Assembly: GCF_006345805.1 (NCBI RefSeq)
Contig: NC_042999.1
Span: 8,618,001 to 8,682,000 of the forward strand
Source: Octopus sinensis
Lineage: Eukaryota
Reading direction: 5' to 3'
DNA: 64,000 nt
Shown: positions 11,433-24,283 of the stretch, one piece after another
Layout of the letters: every line of letters starts with the position of its first letter
How positions within the stretch are numbered: position 1 is the first letter of the stretch
The notes under the pieces: model-generated
Database searches by the model: none
Seen by the model: only the letters and a program-made list of their open reading frames with translations
Told to the model about the DNA's origin: nothing
Position numbers and translations under genes: made by a program

Positions 11433-11790
11433 AACAAATGGTCTTCGTCCCATTAGTAGGAGAGTCCAAAACGGGGACCTTCGCTCTTTGTAAGACCCGC
11501 AGAAGAGAAAGCAGGTCAACCCCCGACTCCGAGAGCATCGACGGATGGATGAATGTGCATCCAGGCTCAGCGGTTGCGTAGGAAGTCGGGGACAAGAAAC
11601 AGGAGGAAAGAGTGAGAGAAAGTTGGGGCGAAAGAGTACAACAGGGGTCGCTACCACCCTCTGCTGGAGCCCTCATCGAGCTTTAGGTGTTTTCACTCAA
11701 TAAACACACACAACGCCCGGTCTGGGAATCGAAACCGCGATCCTCCGACAGCAAGTCCGCTGCCCTAACCACTGGGCCATTGCGCCTCCA
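11345..11790 (-). mobile_element. SINE family B, tail type 3, ending in (CAACAG)n
   Basis: B head and body at about 11590-11790, a different unique tail at 11430-11590, and a GTTGCT repeat at 11345-11432. Confidence 0.85.
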
Positions 11791-12000
11791 CTGGTGTTGC
11801 TGTTGATTTTATTGTTGGCCTTAATCAAGCCAAGCAATGATCAAAGCTACCCAACTCTAACTACCCCATCTTTTTCCAATCCACACTGATTTAGGGCCAA
11901 ACCAAGTTATTCTATTCATCCTTATTTTCTCAGACTTTAGAGTATGGTTTGAGAGAGATTTGGTTGCTATTTCTTGCAGGTTGAACAATCATACAGTGGC

Positions 12001-12040
<40 letters not shown>

Positions 12041-12390
12041 TATCATTTAACGTCCGCTTTCCATGCTAGCATGGGTTGGACAGTTCAACTGGGGTCTGGG
12101 AAGCCAGAAGGCTGCACCAGGCCAGTCAGATCTGGCAGTGTTTCTACAGCTGGATGCCCTTTCTAACGCCAACCACTCCATGAGTGTAGTGGGTGCTTTT
12201 TATGTGCCACTGACACAGGTGCCAGACGAGGCTGGCGAACGGCCATGCTCGGATGGTGCTTTTTACATGCCGCTGGCATGGATGCCAGGCGAGGCTGGCA
12301 ACGGCCATGATCAGATGGTGTTTGTTACGTGCCACCAGCACGGAGGCCAGTCGACGCGGTGCTGGCTACGGCCACGTTCGGATGGTTCTC
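12001..12390 (-). mobile_element. 5'-truncated family-D copy
   Basis: (TCA)n tail followed by TTTAACGTCCGCTTTCCATGCTAGCATGGGTTGGAC. Confidence 0.85.
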
Positions 12391-12639
12391 TTATGTGCTC
12401 ATTTATTATATTGTTGGTGGCAGTGGTCGGGGTGATGGCAGCACTGAGAGCAACATTACTTTTTGTAATCAAGGATGAAGACATCTTTGAAAACAAAATT
12501 GTTTGTTTTCAAAAATCCATTATTGCAAAACTAAAACATAGCGTTTTGGTTTATTGTGACGCCATAAAAGGTTTTTGTTCTGACTCCCAAGTGGAGAGCA
12601 CTTGAAGGGTTTCTTGTAACCAAGGAAAAATATAATAAT

Positions 12640-13367
12640 CTTTTCTACTATTGGCACAAGGAACAAACTTTTTGGGGGAGGTGGGGGCCAGTCGATTAAA
12701 TCAACCCCAGTATGCAACTGGTACTTAATTTATCGACCCCGAAAGGATGGAAGGTAAAGTCAACTTTGGCAGAATTTGAACTCAGAACAGATGAAATACC
12801 TAATTCTTTACTATCCACAAGGGGCTAAACACAGAGAGGACAAACAAGGACAGACAAACGGATTAAGTCGATTACATCGACCCCAGTGCATAACTGGTAC
12901 TTATTTAATTGACTCTGAAAGGCAAAGTCGACCTGTGAAGAATTTGAACCCAGAACGTAGCGGCAGACGAAATACCTATTTCTTTACTGCCCACAAGGGG
13001 CTAAACACAGAGAAGACAAACAAGGACAGACAAACTGATTAAGTCGATTATATCGACCCCAGTGCGTGACTGGTATTTACTTAATCGACCCTGAAAGCGG
13101 AATTTGAACTCAGAACGTAACGGCAGACGAAATACCCATTTCTTTACTACCCACAAGGGGCTAAACACAGAAGGGATAAACAAGGACAGACAAACGGATT
13201 AAGTCGATTATATCGACCCCAGTGCGTAACTGGTACTTATTTAATCGACTCCGAAAGGATGAAAGGCAAAGTCGACCTCGGCGGAATTTGAACTCAGAAC
13301 GTAACTCAGAAATACCGCTAAGCATTTCGCCCGGCGTGCTAACGTTTCTGCCAGCTCGCCGCCTTAA
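12640..13367 (-). mobile_element. Family-C SINE array: one head, three C1 units and a terminal C2-tailed unit
   Basis: Junctions GAAATACC near 12795, 12970 and 13130; single head at 13315-13367. Confidence 0.9.
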
Positions 13368-13559
13368 TAAGGACGCCATATTAAACATGATTCTTCAATT
13401 TACATCAAGTCTCGCTTCTTGAGAGGACAACGTACACCAAATACTAAATATGGTGATGCTAATTGTACTCAATTTTATGTACTTTAAATGGAAAAAAATT
13501 TATTTAGTTCAGTGTAAATGCCTCACATATGAACAAATGTTACGTTAATGTATATTTTA

Positions 13560-14000
13560 CACCAGGAATCAGTTTAAATTTTCTCCATTCACACAATTTG
13601 TTATGAATTTTAAATTAAGTTAACTGACTTCCTGTCACACTTGGCTAACCATCTAAGTGGTTTTCGACAGTTACATCTATAAACACTAAAAGTCATTAAA
13701 AAAAAAAGATTTAAATAGTACTCGCTAATTAGTGTTATTTAGACAGTTTTGCAGTAATGTTTTTTTTTAATGCATTGATACTGCAGCTATTAAATAAATG
13801 AAAAAAAGAGTGTTGATAAAAAGAAATTCTTTAAACTAATCAGCGAAAACTGATTGATTTATGAAATAGATAAAGGTAATGAGACCACTTTCTATTGTTG
13901 TACAGCAGAAGGGTCACTATGTTTTGTTAGTGACAACCTCGTCAGTGCTTGTGGATTGTTAAAAATGCACACAATCAATGCTTTGTGATAGGAAATACAT
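13560..14000 (+). repeat. Old unclassified interspersed repeat, copy 1
   Basis: GTTATGAATTTTAAATTAAGTTAACTGA..CACACTTGGCTAACCATCTAAGTGGTTTTCGACAGTTACA recurs, diverged, near 26710. Confidence 0.65.
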
Positions 14001-14577
14001 CCAGGGGTGGGGTGTGTGTGTAAAAAGATAATTCCAGATAAAGAATGAATAGGGGTGATGTAAAGGAGAAGCAACACTTTGATCTTCTTAAACAGACACA
14101 ACCTACCTGTGTTTGTGGCATTCAGAACTAGAGTTACTCTCCGCTGTGAAATGGTTTGTGGCAGTGAACACGTGTGGCTGGGCAGGAGAAACCATGCCAA
14201 AGAATGAGAGGATCGAACGGAGGTGATACAGGGTAGAGGAAACTCATTGCTGACTAACTTTTTAGTGAAACAAAAATACCAGATTCTGTGTGTGTGCTTT
14301 GGGTGTTTGTGTATGTGGCAGGGGCCAAAAGACGATTGTGAAACACTGTGTGACCTGTTTAGATTATGCTATTATGAAAAAAGGAATGGAGAATGATGAC
14401 GGTGATAACGAGGAAGAGGAGAGAAAGGAGAGGGAAGAACAGAATAATAATGAGGAGGAGGAGGAAGAAGAGGAATAATTTAAGTTCCGGTCATATGAAT
14501 GGTGGGAATGTAGATAATTACGTTTTAGTAAAACATATATATATGTGTAGTGAGTGACTGATACTTCACATACGTAT

Positions 14578-14590
14578 TTATGTATGTATG

Positions 14591-14624
<34 letters not shown>

Positions 14625-17095
14625 TGTACGTATGTATGTATGTATGTATATATGTATGTATGTATTGTATGTATGTTTGTATGTATGTTTGTATGTGTGT
14701 ATGTGTGTGTGTATGTATGTATGTATGTATGTATGTATATATGTACGTATGTATGTATGTATGCATGCATGCATGCATGTATGTATGTATGTATGTATGC
14801 ATGCATGCATGCATGTATGTATGTATGTATGTATGTATGTATGTATGTATGCATGTATGTATGTATGTATGTATGTATGTATGCATGTATGTATGTATGT
14901 GTTGTATGTATGTATGTAAGTATGTATGTATGTATGTATGTGTGAATGTATGTATGTATGTATGTATGTATGCATGTATGTATGTATCCATGTATGTATG
15001 TATGTATGTATGTATGTATGCATGTATGTATGTATGTATGTATGTATGTATGCATGTATGTATGTATGTATGTGTGTATGTATGTATGTATGTATGTATG
15101 TATGTATATATGTACGTATGTATGTATGTATGCATGCATGCATGCATGTATGTATGTATGTATGCATGTATGCATGCATGCATGCATGTATGTATGTATG
15201 TATGCATGTATGCATGCATGCATGCATGTATGTATGTATGTATGTATGTATGCATGCATGCATACATGTATGTATGTATGTATGCATGTATGCATGCATG
15301 CATGCATGTATGTATGTATGTATGTATGCATGCATGCATGCATGTATGTATGTATGTATGTATGTATGTATGTATGCATGCATGCATGCATGTATGTATG
15401 TATGTATGTATGTATGTATATATGTACGTATGTATGTATGTATGCATGCATGCATGTATGTATGTATGTATGCATGTATGCATGCATGCATGCATGTATG
15501 TATGTATGTATGTATGTATGCATGCATGCATGCATGTATGTATGTATGTATGTATGTATGTATGTATGTATGCATGTATGTATGTATGTATGTATGTATG
15601 TATGTATGTATCCATGTATGTATGTATGTATGTATGTGTGAATGTATGTATGTATGTATGTATGTATGTAGCATGTATGTATGTATCCATGTATGTATGT
15701 ATGTATGTATGTATGCATGTATGTATGTATGTATGTATGTATGTATGTATGTATGTATGTATGTATGTATGTATGTATGTATGTATGTATGTGTGTATGT
15801 ATGTATGTATGTATGTATGTATATATGTACGTATGTATGTATGTATGCATGCATGCATGCATGTATGTATGTATGTATGCATGTATGCATGCATGCATGC
15901 ATGTATGTATGTATGTATGCATGTATGCATGCATGCATGCATGTATGTATGTATGTATGTATGTATGTATGCATGCATGCATGCATGTATGTATGTATGT
16001 ATGCATGTATGCATGCATGCATGCATGTATGTATGTATGTATGTATGTATGCATGCATGTATGTATGTATGCATGCATGCATGCATGTATGTATGTATGC
16101 ATGTATGTATGTATGTATGTATGCATGCATGCATGCATGTATGTATGTATGTATGTATGCATGTATGTATGTATGTATGTGTGTATGTATGTATGTATGT
16201 ATGTATGTATGTATATATGTACGTATGTATGTATGTATGCATGCATGCATGCATGTATGTATGTATGTATGCATGTATGCATGCATGCATGCATGTATGT
16301 ATGTATGTATGTATGTATGCATGCATGCATGCATGTATGTATGTATGCATGTATGCATGCATGCATGCATGCATGTATGTATGTATGTATGTATGCATGC
16401 ATGCATGCATGTATGTATGTATGTATGTATGTATGTATGCATGCATGCATGCATGTATGTATGTATATATGCATGTATGTATGTATGTATGTATGCATGC
16501 ATGCATGCATGTATGTATGTATGTATGTATGCATGTATTATGTATGTATGTATGTATGTATGTATGTATGCATGTATGTATCCATGTATGTATGTATGTA
16601 TGTATGTATGTATGCATGCATGCATGTATGTATGTATGTATGTATGCATGCATGCATGTATGTATGTATGTATGCATGTATGTATGTATGTATGTATGTA
16701 TGTATGTATGTATGCATGCATGCATGTATGTATGTATGTATGTATGTATGTATGCATGTATGTATGTATGTATGTATGCATGCATGCATGTATGTATGTA
16801 TGTATGTATGCATGTATGTATGTATGTATGTATGTATGCATGCATGCATGTATGTATGTATGTATGCATGTATGTATGTATGTATGTATGTATGTATGTA
16901 TGCATGTATGTATCCATGTATGTATGTATGTATGTATGTATGTATGTATGTATGCATGTATGTATGTATGTATGTATGTATGTATGCATGTATGTATGTA
17001 TGTATGTATGTATGTATGTATGTATGTATGTATGCATGTATGTATGTATGTATGTATGCATGTATGTATGTATGTATGTATGTATGTATGTATGC

Positions 17096-17128
<33 letters not shown>

Positions 17129-18428
17129 TGTATGCATGTATGTATGCATGTATATATGTATGTATGTATGTATGTATGCATGTATGTATGTATGTATGTG
17201 TGTATGTATGCATGTATGTATGTATGTATGTATGTATGCATGTATGTATGCATGTATATATGTATGTATGTATGTATGTATGTTTGTATGTATGTATGTA
17301 TGTATGTATGCATGCATGTATGTATGTTTGTATGTATGTATGTATGTATGTATGCATGTATGTATGTATGTATGTATGTATGTATGTATGTATGTATGTA
17401 TGTATGTATGTATGTATGTATGTATGTGTGTATGTATGTATGTATGTATGCATGTATGTATGTTTGTATGTATGTATGTATGCATGCATGCATGCATGTA
17501 TGTATGTATGTATGTATGTAAGTATGTATGTATGTATGTATGCATGTATGTATGTATGTATGTGTGTATGTATGTATGTATGTATGCATGTATGTATGTA
17601 TGTTTGTATGTATGTATGTATGTATGCATGTATGTATGTATGTATGTATGTATGTATGTATGTATGTGTGTATGTATGTATGCATGTATGTATGTATGTA
17701 TGTATGTATGTATGCATGTATGTATGCATGTATGTATGTATGTATGTATGTATGTATGTATGTATGTATGTATGTGTGTGTGTATGTATGTATGTATGTA
17801 TGTGTGTATGTATATGTATGCATGTATGTATGTATGTTTGTATGTATGTATGTATGTATGTATGTATGTATGTATGTATGTGTGTATGTATGTATGTATG
17901 TATGTATGTATGTATGTATGCATGTATGTATGTATGTTTGTATGTATGTATGTATGTATGTATGTATGTATGTATGTATGTGTGTATGTATGTATGTGTG
18001 TATGTATGTATGTATGCATGTATGTATGTATGTTTGTATGTATGTATGTATGTATGTATGTGTGTATGTATGTATGTATGTATGTATGTATGTATGTATG
18101 CATGTATGTATGTATGTATGTATGTATGTATGTGTGTATGTATGTATGTGTGTATGTATGTATGTATGTATGCATGTATGTATGTATGTTTGTATGTATT
18201 TATGTATGTATGTATGTATGTATGTATGTGTGTATGTATGTATGTATGTATGTATGTATGCATGTATGTATGTATGTATGTGTGTATGTATGTATGTATG
18301 TATGCATGTATGTATGTATGTTTGTATGTATGTATGTATGTATGTATGTATGTATGTATGTGTGTATGTATGTATGTATGTATGTGTGTATGTATGTATG
18401 TATGTTTGTATGTATGTATGTGTGTATG
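14578..18428. repeat. About 3.85-kb (TATG)n/(CATG)n tetranucleotide array
   Basis: Visible directly; rare variant units recur periodically. Confidence 0.98.
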
Positions 18429-18748
18429 CTTTCAACTTTTGCTTTCATCCTTCTGTTGTCAATACATAACTACCGGGTTCGATTTAATCACCCGTTCCCC
18501 CTCTCACCAAAATGTGTGTGACCTGGTGCTTATGTGACGAAACATTATTTAGATCAGCGATCAGGAAAGTGATAAATATTGATCCGAGGGGATCGATGTG
18601 GCTATCCAAGGTGTTCAATCAACTCCTGAAACAACTTTGAGCATTAAGGGTGGTGCTGAATTAACAGCGAACTAGTAAGGACGGAAGACTGCGGAAATGT
18701 ATGACTAAAACCCGCTAATTTTCAGCCAAATATAGATGCAATAATATA

Positions 18749-19321
18749 TTGGGTTATCCGGAAAGTTCGTACCGATTTATAGTAGATTATCTTTCGACTT
18801 ATTTTAGAACATGGTTGAGTTCATAAAATAGGAATTCACTACACCTCCATTTAGAGCACAGTTTAAGCTATCTTTTCGAGGAAGAAGGTTTATGTTCCTA
18901 TAACCTGTGTTAATTCTGTAACCCTTTAAAATGGAAGATAAGAAAGTTCATTTTCGGCACTTGATGCTTTTCTTTTTCCGTAAAGGGAAAATGCCTCAGA
19001 AGCAACCAAAGAAATATGCGCAGTTTACGGTGATGTTTCTTTATCGGAAAGAACTGTACGGAAGTGGTTCGCAAGGTTCCGAGCTGGAGATTGTAGCCTT
19101 ATTGATAAAGAGCGATCAGGCAGACCATCCACTACAGATGATGACCAAATCAAGTCATTAATTGAGAATTACCCACATTGCACAACCCGAGAATTGGTAG
19201 AAAGCCTCAACCTATCAAAATCCGTCGTTCATGAGCACCTGGTAAAGCTTGGGTAATGGCAAGTATTTATTGACCTTTTTCTTTCCTTTAAAAATCGGCA
19301 CGAACTTTCCGGACAACCCAA
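18749..19321 (+). mobile_element. Internally deleted mariner (Tc1/mariner) element
   Basis: 30-bp TIRs TTGGGTT(A/G)TCCGGAAAGTTCGT(A/G)CCGATTT (28/30 match) with TA TSDs at 18747-18748 and 19322-19323. Confidence 0.92.
18931..19256 (+). pseudogene. Mariner transposase N-terminal (HTH) region, one frameshift
   Basis: MEDKKVHFRHLMLFFFRKGK/NASEATKEICAVYGDVSLSERTVRKWFARFRAGDCSLIDKERSGRPSTTDDDQIKSLIE...LG* carries the WF.RF..G and RSGRP mariner motifs. Confidence 0.9.
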
Positions 19322-19358
19322 TACATTTGCCAAACACATTTCGCACGACACTCTAAGA

Positions 19359-19753
19359 CTGTGGTTCTCAACCGTTTTTTTATCTATGGACCCCTTTGAT
19401 AACTATTTTATTCTAGTGGATCCATATACCATTCGATGTTTAAAAACTAGTTTTAAAGAAACTTCTTTCAAAGTCCCTGTTTTGTTTTTCGCTCTTTCAC
19501 TTGCGTAAGTTTGCAGCAACCGTCTTTGAGAGAACCTTTTCAGTAACAGAAAAAAAAAAAAAAAAAACATGTTGAAATATGTAAAACGCGAGACAAAGAA
19601 ACTGTTTCTTGCAATAAATATATTTAAGGTAAAAATTTTCACGGACACTTAAAATAATACTGTGGATCTCCAATTTACTATTTTGTCGCCGGGGACTCAC
19701 AAAAATCTTGTATAGATTCTAGGGGTTATATGAACCTCGGGTAAGAATCCCTG
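19359..19753. mobile_element. Probable non-autonomous hAT (Charlie-like) MITE
   Basis: Ends CTGTGGTTCTCAACC and GGGTAAGAATCCCTG resemble CAGTGGTTCTCAACC-type TIRs; the 8-bp flanks match only 5/8. Confidence 0.45.
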
Positions 19754-19804
19754 ATATAATATGACTAAATTTTTTATCGTACTCTTTCAATTTCGTTAAG
19801 TATT

Positions 19805-20227
19805 TTTACTCTTTTACTCTTTTACTTGTTTCAGTCATTTGACTGCGGCCATGCTGGAGCACCGCCTTTAGTCGAGCAAATCGACCCCGGGACTTATTCT
19901 TTGTAAGCCCAGTACTTATTCTATCGGTCTCTTTTGCCGATAAGAGACGGGGACGTAAACACACCAGCATCGGTTGTCAAGCAATGCTAGGGGGACAAAC
20001 ACACACACACACGCAAACACATGCACACACACACATATATATATATATATATACATATATACGACAGGCTTCTTTCAATTTCCGTCTACCAAATCCACTC
20101 ACAAGGCATTGGTCGGCCCGAGGCTACAGTAGAAGACACTTGCCTAAGATGCCACGCAGTGGGACTGAACCCGGAACTATGTGGTTGGTTAGCAAGCTAC
20201 TTACCACACAGCCACTCATGCGCCTAT
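19805..20227 (-). mobile_element. SINE family A, full-length
   Basis: Reverse complement of the 9086 copy. Confidence 0.9.
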
Positions 20228-20948
20228 TTTCATTATTTTTTTTCCACAAAAGAAGGAAGAATTATTGTTTTTGAATCAAGAATTCTTTTATTATACTTTT
20301 TGATTTTATTTTATAGATCAACATGATGGGGGTGGCAAGTTAACAATGATATAAGAAATTCCGCCGACCCCTGGTTTAGACAGTTCTGTAGTTAAGAACG
20401 TTTTCAATTCATAATTACTGCATTTGTGAAATTTTTAAAACACGGTGTTGAAATTAGGAAATTCTGATAAACACTAATTAATGACTGGAGAATGAATAAT
20501 GTCTGAAGCAAACGAGGTCAACGAGGTCAATTTACGTTGACATTAGGGGTGGGCTCTTTGTCTCGTCTGACAATTTTTCTAATGCCGGTGGCATTAGAGA
20601 AACACTTCCAGTCGAATAATTTGTTGAACAGTCTGGGAATAGGAAATGCACCCAGCTGTAAAAAAATGTAAAAATATGCTAAGAAAAGAAGTCACAGATG
20701 GAAACAGCAGAAAATGGAGAGAAAAATATAGTTTTGTTAGAGACAAACACAACGAAGGTGTTTGGTTTGTGTCGTGTGTACAACAGGATGAAAGAGTGAG
20801 GTGAGATAGCATCGGATCCATCAAACTCTTGCTAGTCTGGCAGAATGGATGTAAAATAATAATGACGGTGACGATGGTGAACAAAATTTCCTGTTATAAA
20901 CTTGGAGACGTGCAAACTGCTGACATACTTAGTACAATATATGTGTGT

Positions 20949-20949
<1 letters not shown>

Positions 20950-21008
<59 letters not shown>

Positions 21009-21149
21009 GAGACAGAATGACAGACAGAGAGACTGAGTTTATATTTATGCATACATGTATATGTGTGCTCGTAGATGTAAGCGTATGTGTATATGTATAT
21101 ATGTATACACACACGCATACAGATGTGTGTGTATTTGTATATATATATT

Positions 21150-21188
<39 letters not shown>

Positions 21189-21268
21189 TATATATGTGTG
21201 TGTGTATATATATATATACATATGTGTGTATATATATATATGTGTATGTATATATATATATATGTATG

Positions 21269-21316
<48 letters not shown>

Positions 21317-21492
21317 ATACATATATACATATATATATATACATATATATATATATATGTATGTATGTATGTATATATATATATACATATATACATATAT
21401 ATATATACATATATATATATATGTATGTATGTATGTATATATATATATATATATGTATACATATATATATATACATATGTGTGTGTGTGTGT
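20950..21492. repeat. Compound (GA)n, (GACA)n and (TA)n/(TATG) microsatellite
   Basis: Visible directly. Confidence 0.95.
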
Positions 21493-21657
21493 GGATCAAC
21501 CGAAACTAAGTGGAGCAGTTTTTGCCTCACCAACCAAATGATCAATGGAGAATGAACGACAGCTTAAAATGCTTTAAAAATAGAATATGTTATCGGTCGC
21601 CAGGAAGAAGTTGACATTGACGTCGTTGTCTTTTAATGTTGTCTTAATGTCAAGCGT

Positions 21658-21699
<42 letters not shown>

Positions 21700-22090
21700 C
21701 AAACAGACAGGCCAATATGTATGGAAACGAGAGGAGGATAGAGAAAGCGAAAAGGAGACAGCGTTGCAGACATTCTTTGATAAAGACAAAATAATTGAAG
21801 AGAAAGAGAGACAAAGAAGGAAGTGAGGAGGAAAGTATAACGTGATATAGTGAACGGTTAAAAAAGTGTATATTCTAATATAAAGAATATTGAGAATACC
21901 TTGCAATATCTTTTAACTTGTCGTGTTTAAAGATGCACAAGGTTGTTGCCGAAGATCAGAAAAGTAGAGCAAAGATGAATGGTGCGTTGTGTTTAATGGC
22001 ACTACAAAATGGTCCTCGCAAGGTTTAAATGCATAAAAAGAATGTCGATAGTAATTCTGTATTTGGACTGGCAGGCGGTTGTTAATTATA

Positions 22091-22507
22091 TCTATTTCTT
22101 TACTACCCACAAGGGGCTAAACATAGAGGGGACAAACAAGGACAGACAAAGGGATTAAGTCGATTATATCGACCCCAGTGCGTAACTGGTACTTATATAA
22201 TCGACCAGGAAAGGATGAAAGGCAAAGTCTACCTCGGTGGAATTTGGACTCAGAATGTAACGGCAGAAGAAATACTTATTTCTTTACTACCCACAAGGGG
22301 TTAAACACAGAGGGGACAAACAAGGACCGACAAACGAATGAAGTCGATTACATCGACTCCAGTGCGTAACTGGTACTTATTTAATCTACCCCGAAAGGAT
22401 GAAAGGCAAAGTCGACCTCGGTGGAATTTGAACTCAGAACGTAACGGCAGACGAAATACCGCTAAGCATTTCGCCCGGCGTGTTTACGATTCTGCCAGCT
22501 CGCCTTA
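22091..22507 (-). mobile_element. Family-C SINE, head plus two C1 units
   Basis: 15-bp TSD CGGTTGTTAATTATA at 22076-22090 and 22508-22522. Confidence 0.92.
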
Positions 22508-22981
22508 CGGTTGTTAATTATAACAATTATATGAGTGGAGAGAAATATTTACCGTAAAATAAACCGAATCACAGATACCTAAATGTGTTAATTAACTGTT
22601 TGCTTAATTGGGCAACACACAACAGATTGACGTATTTACCGGGATTTTCCTGACATTATTTTTTGAATTTCAATTCAGGCTTCTTAAAAGATTATTTTGG
22701 CTACAACCTGGTTCTTTTCTATTTTAATTGTAAACTTATATAAATGTTATTTTTGGCCAGTTAGTCTAATTTATTAAATGAAGTTAGCTTTGTTATATAT
22801 TTAAATACTTTGATACATATTGCATCACGAAAACTCAACATTGATTAAACACATCACAGATTCACTATAATTAGTATAAATCTAAATGACTGGACACAGC
22901 TGCCACAGCTATTGTATAATGGCTTCAGAAAATTATTCAACCAATCATGTGTCCGTTTATATTTTTAGATATTTTCTATAA

Positions 22982-23188
22982 CAATTGCAGCGTGGAAGGT
23001 CTTTATAAACCATTTAAGAAACACACAAAACCGTTAGATTCACTTCAACATTTAAATTTAATTTGTCAAAATCTAACGGTTTTTGTGTGTTTCTTAAATG
23101 GCTTATAAACACCTTCCACGCTGCAATTGTTTTCGTTCCAGCACACGATCTCAGATCAGGTCACTTGCTATGCAAGTACATCTCCATA
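22982..23188. mobile_element. Family-G retroposon fragment with an internal fold-back
   Basis: Inverted arms of about 60 bp (ACAATTGCAGCGTGGAAGG...CCGTTAGATT and its reverse complement); 13-bp TSD ATATTTTCTATAA at 22969-22981 and 23189-23201. Confidence 0.8.
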
Positions 23189-24244
23189 ATATTTTCTATA
23201 AATTTAATATGAAATGTTATCAAGGTTCAAAATTTATTTTAAGCTCTAATATTTCGGAAATTATAAATAATTAACGAAATGTCAAAACATTTGGCTATGC
23301 CGGACAACTCTGGATTTGAAACACTGATGGACAGGCACGGTTGGTAGCACTTTTTGGCGACAGTTGCCTCTAGGGATAAGTTTTGCTAGAAGTAACGTGA
23401 AAAAGTGTCTATTAATAAATTCATATTAGTGCTAACATGCTATCTTAAAGAAAATAGGTAGATCATTTTGTAGTGTGTTCCTCTATATTTAAGGTGTTCG
23501 GGAAAGTTGACTTGATCTGGAGCATATCGAATGATCATGAAGAAATCGTTCTGGTATAATAAAGTGGGCCAGATGCTTTTTTGTAGACGTTAATCAGATG
23601 GAAATTTTAAGAAGCTAATTCAAATCCCAATTATCCCCAAACTATACTCACTTAAACAATGAGCAACAGCTCGAATTATGAACAACGAGCAATAGATTGA
23701 TGTATGATGAAATATTTTCAAAATCCTGGTTAACTAACGCACACTATTCAAACCCTGTGAGAGAAAAAAATCACTGAAACAATAAAGCTTTATATAAAGT
23801 TAGCAGCATTGAATACCAATATAACAAAGCATCTTTCTTTAGCTAAATGTAAAACTTGACAAATGCAGCAAACTCAAAGCAGTTTATTGTTAGTAAAACA
23901 ACAAAACTTGAAGTACAGTCATCAGCAGTTGGTGTTGGTCGATTAGAAAATATTGATAAAAGATTTCTTTTATCAGCAATTGCGGCTAATTTGAAATTGC
24001 TTCGAACAAAATCCACAGTTCTTTAAAAAATGTTACTGCCACATCCGCATTGAAAGAAAAAGAAAGGAGGACATAAAAATAATAGTTTGTGATTTTGGAC
24101 GAGTCAAGTACTAACGCTCGGGAAGAATCATGTGTGCGTTAATTATTGTGATGAAGCACATGATTATAAAAGCAATTGTAAAACATTTTCAGAGTTAAAA
24201 TCCGCTTGGTAAACAATTGCTGAAGTGTTACATCAAGCTAAGAA

Positions 24245-24283
<39 letters not shown>

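Noticed and set aside
14364-18537. ORFs of 545-1299 aa (HTYI/MYVC repeats)
   Set aside because: Translations of the TATG/CATG array, which lacks stop codons in nearly all frames on both strands; no coding signal.
23120-23160. Possible hammerhead in family G (CTGAGATC..GAAAACAATTG on the minus strand)
   Set aside because: The core lacks one base and there is no valid UH triplet or stem I.
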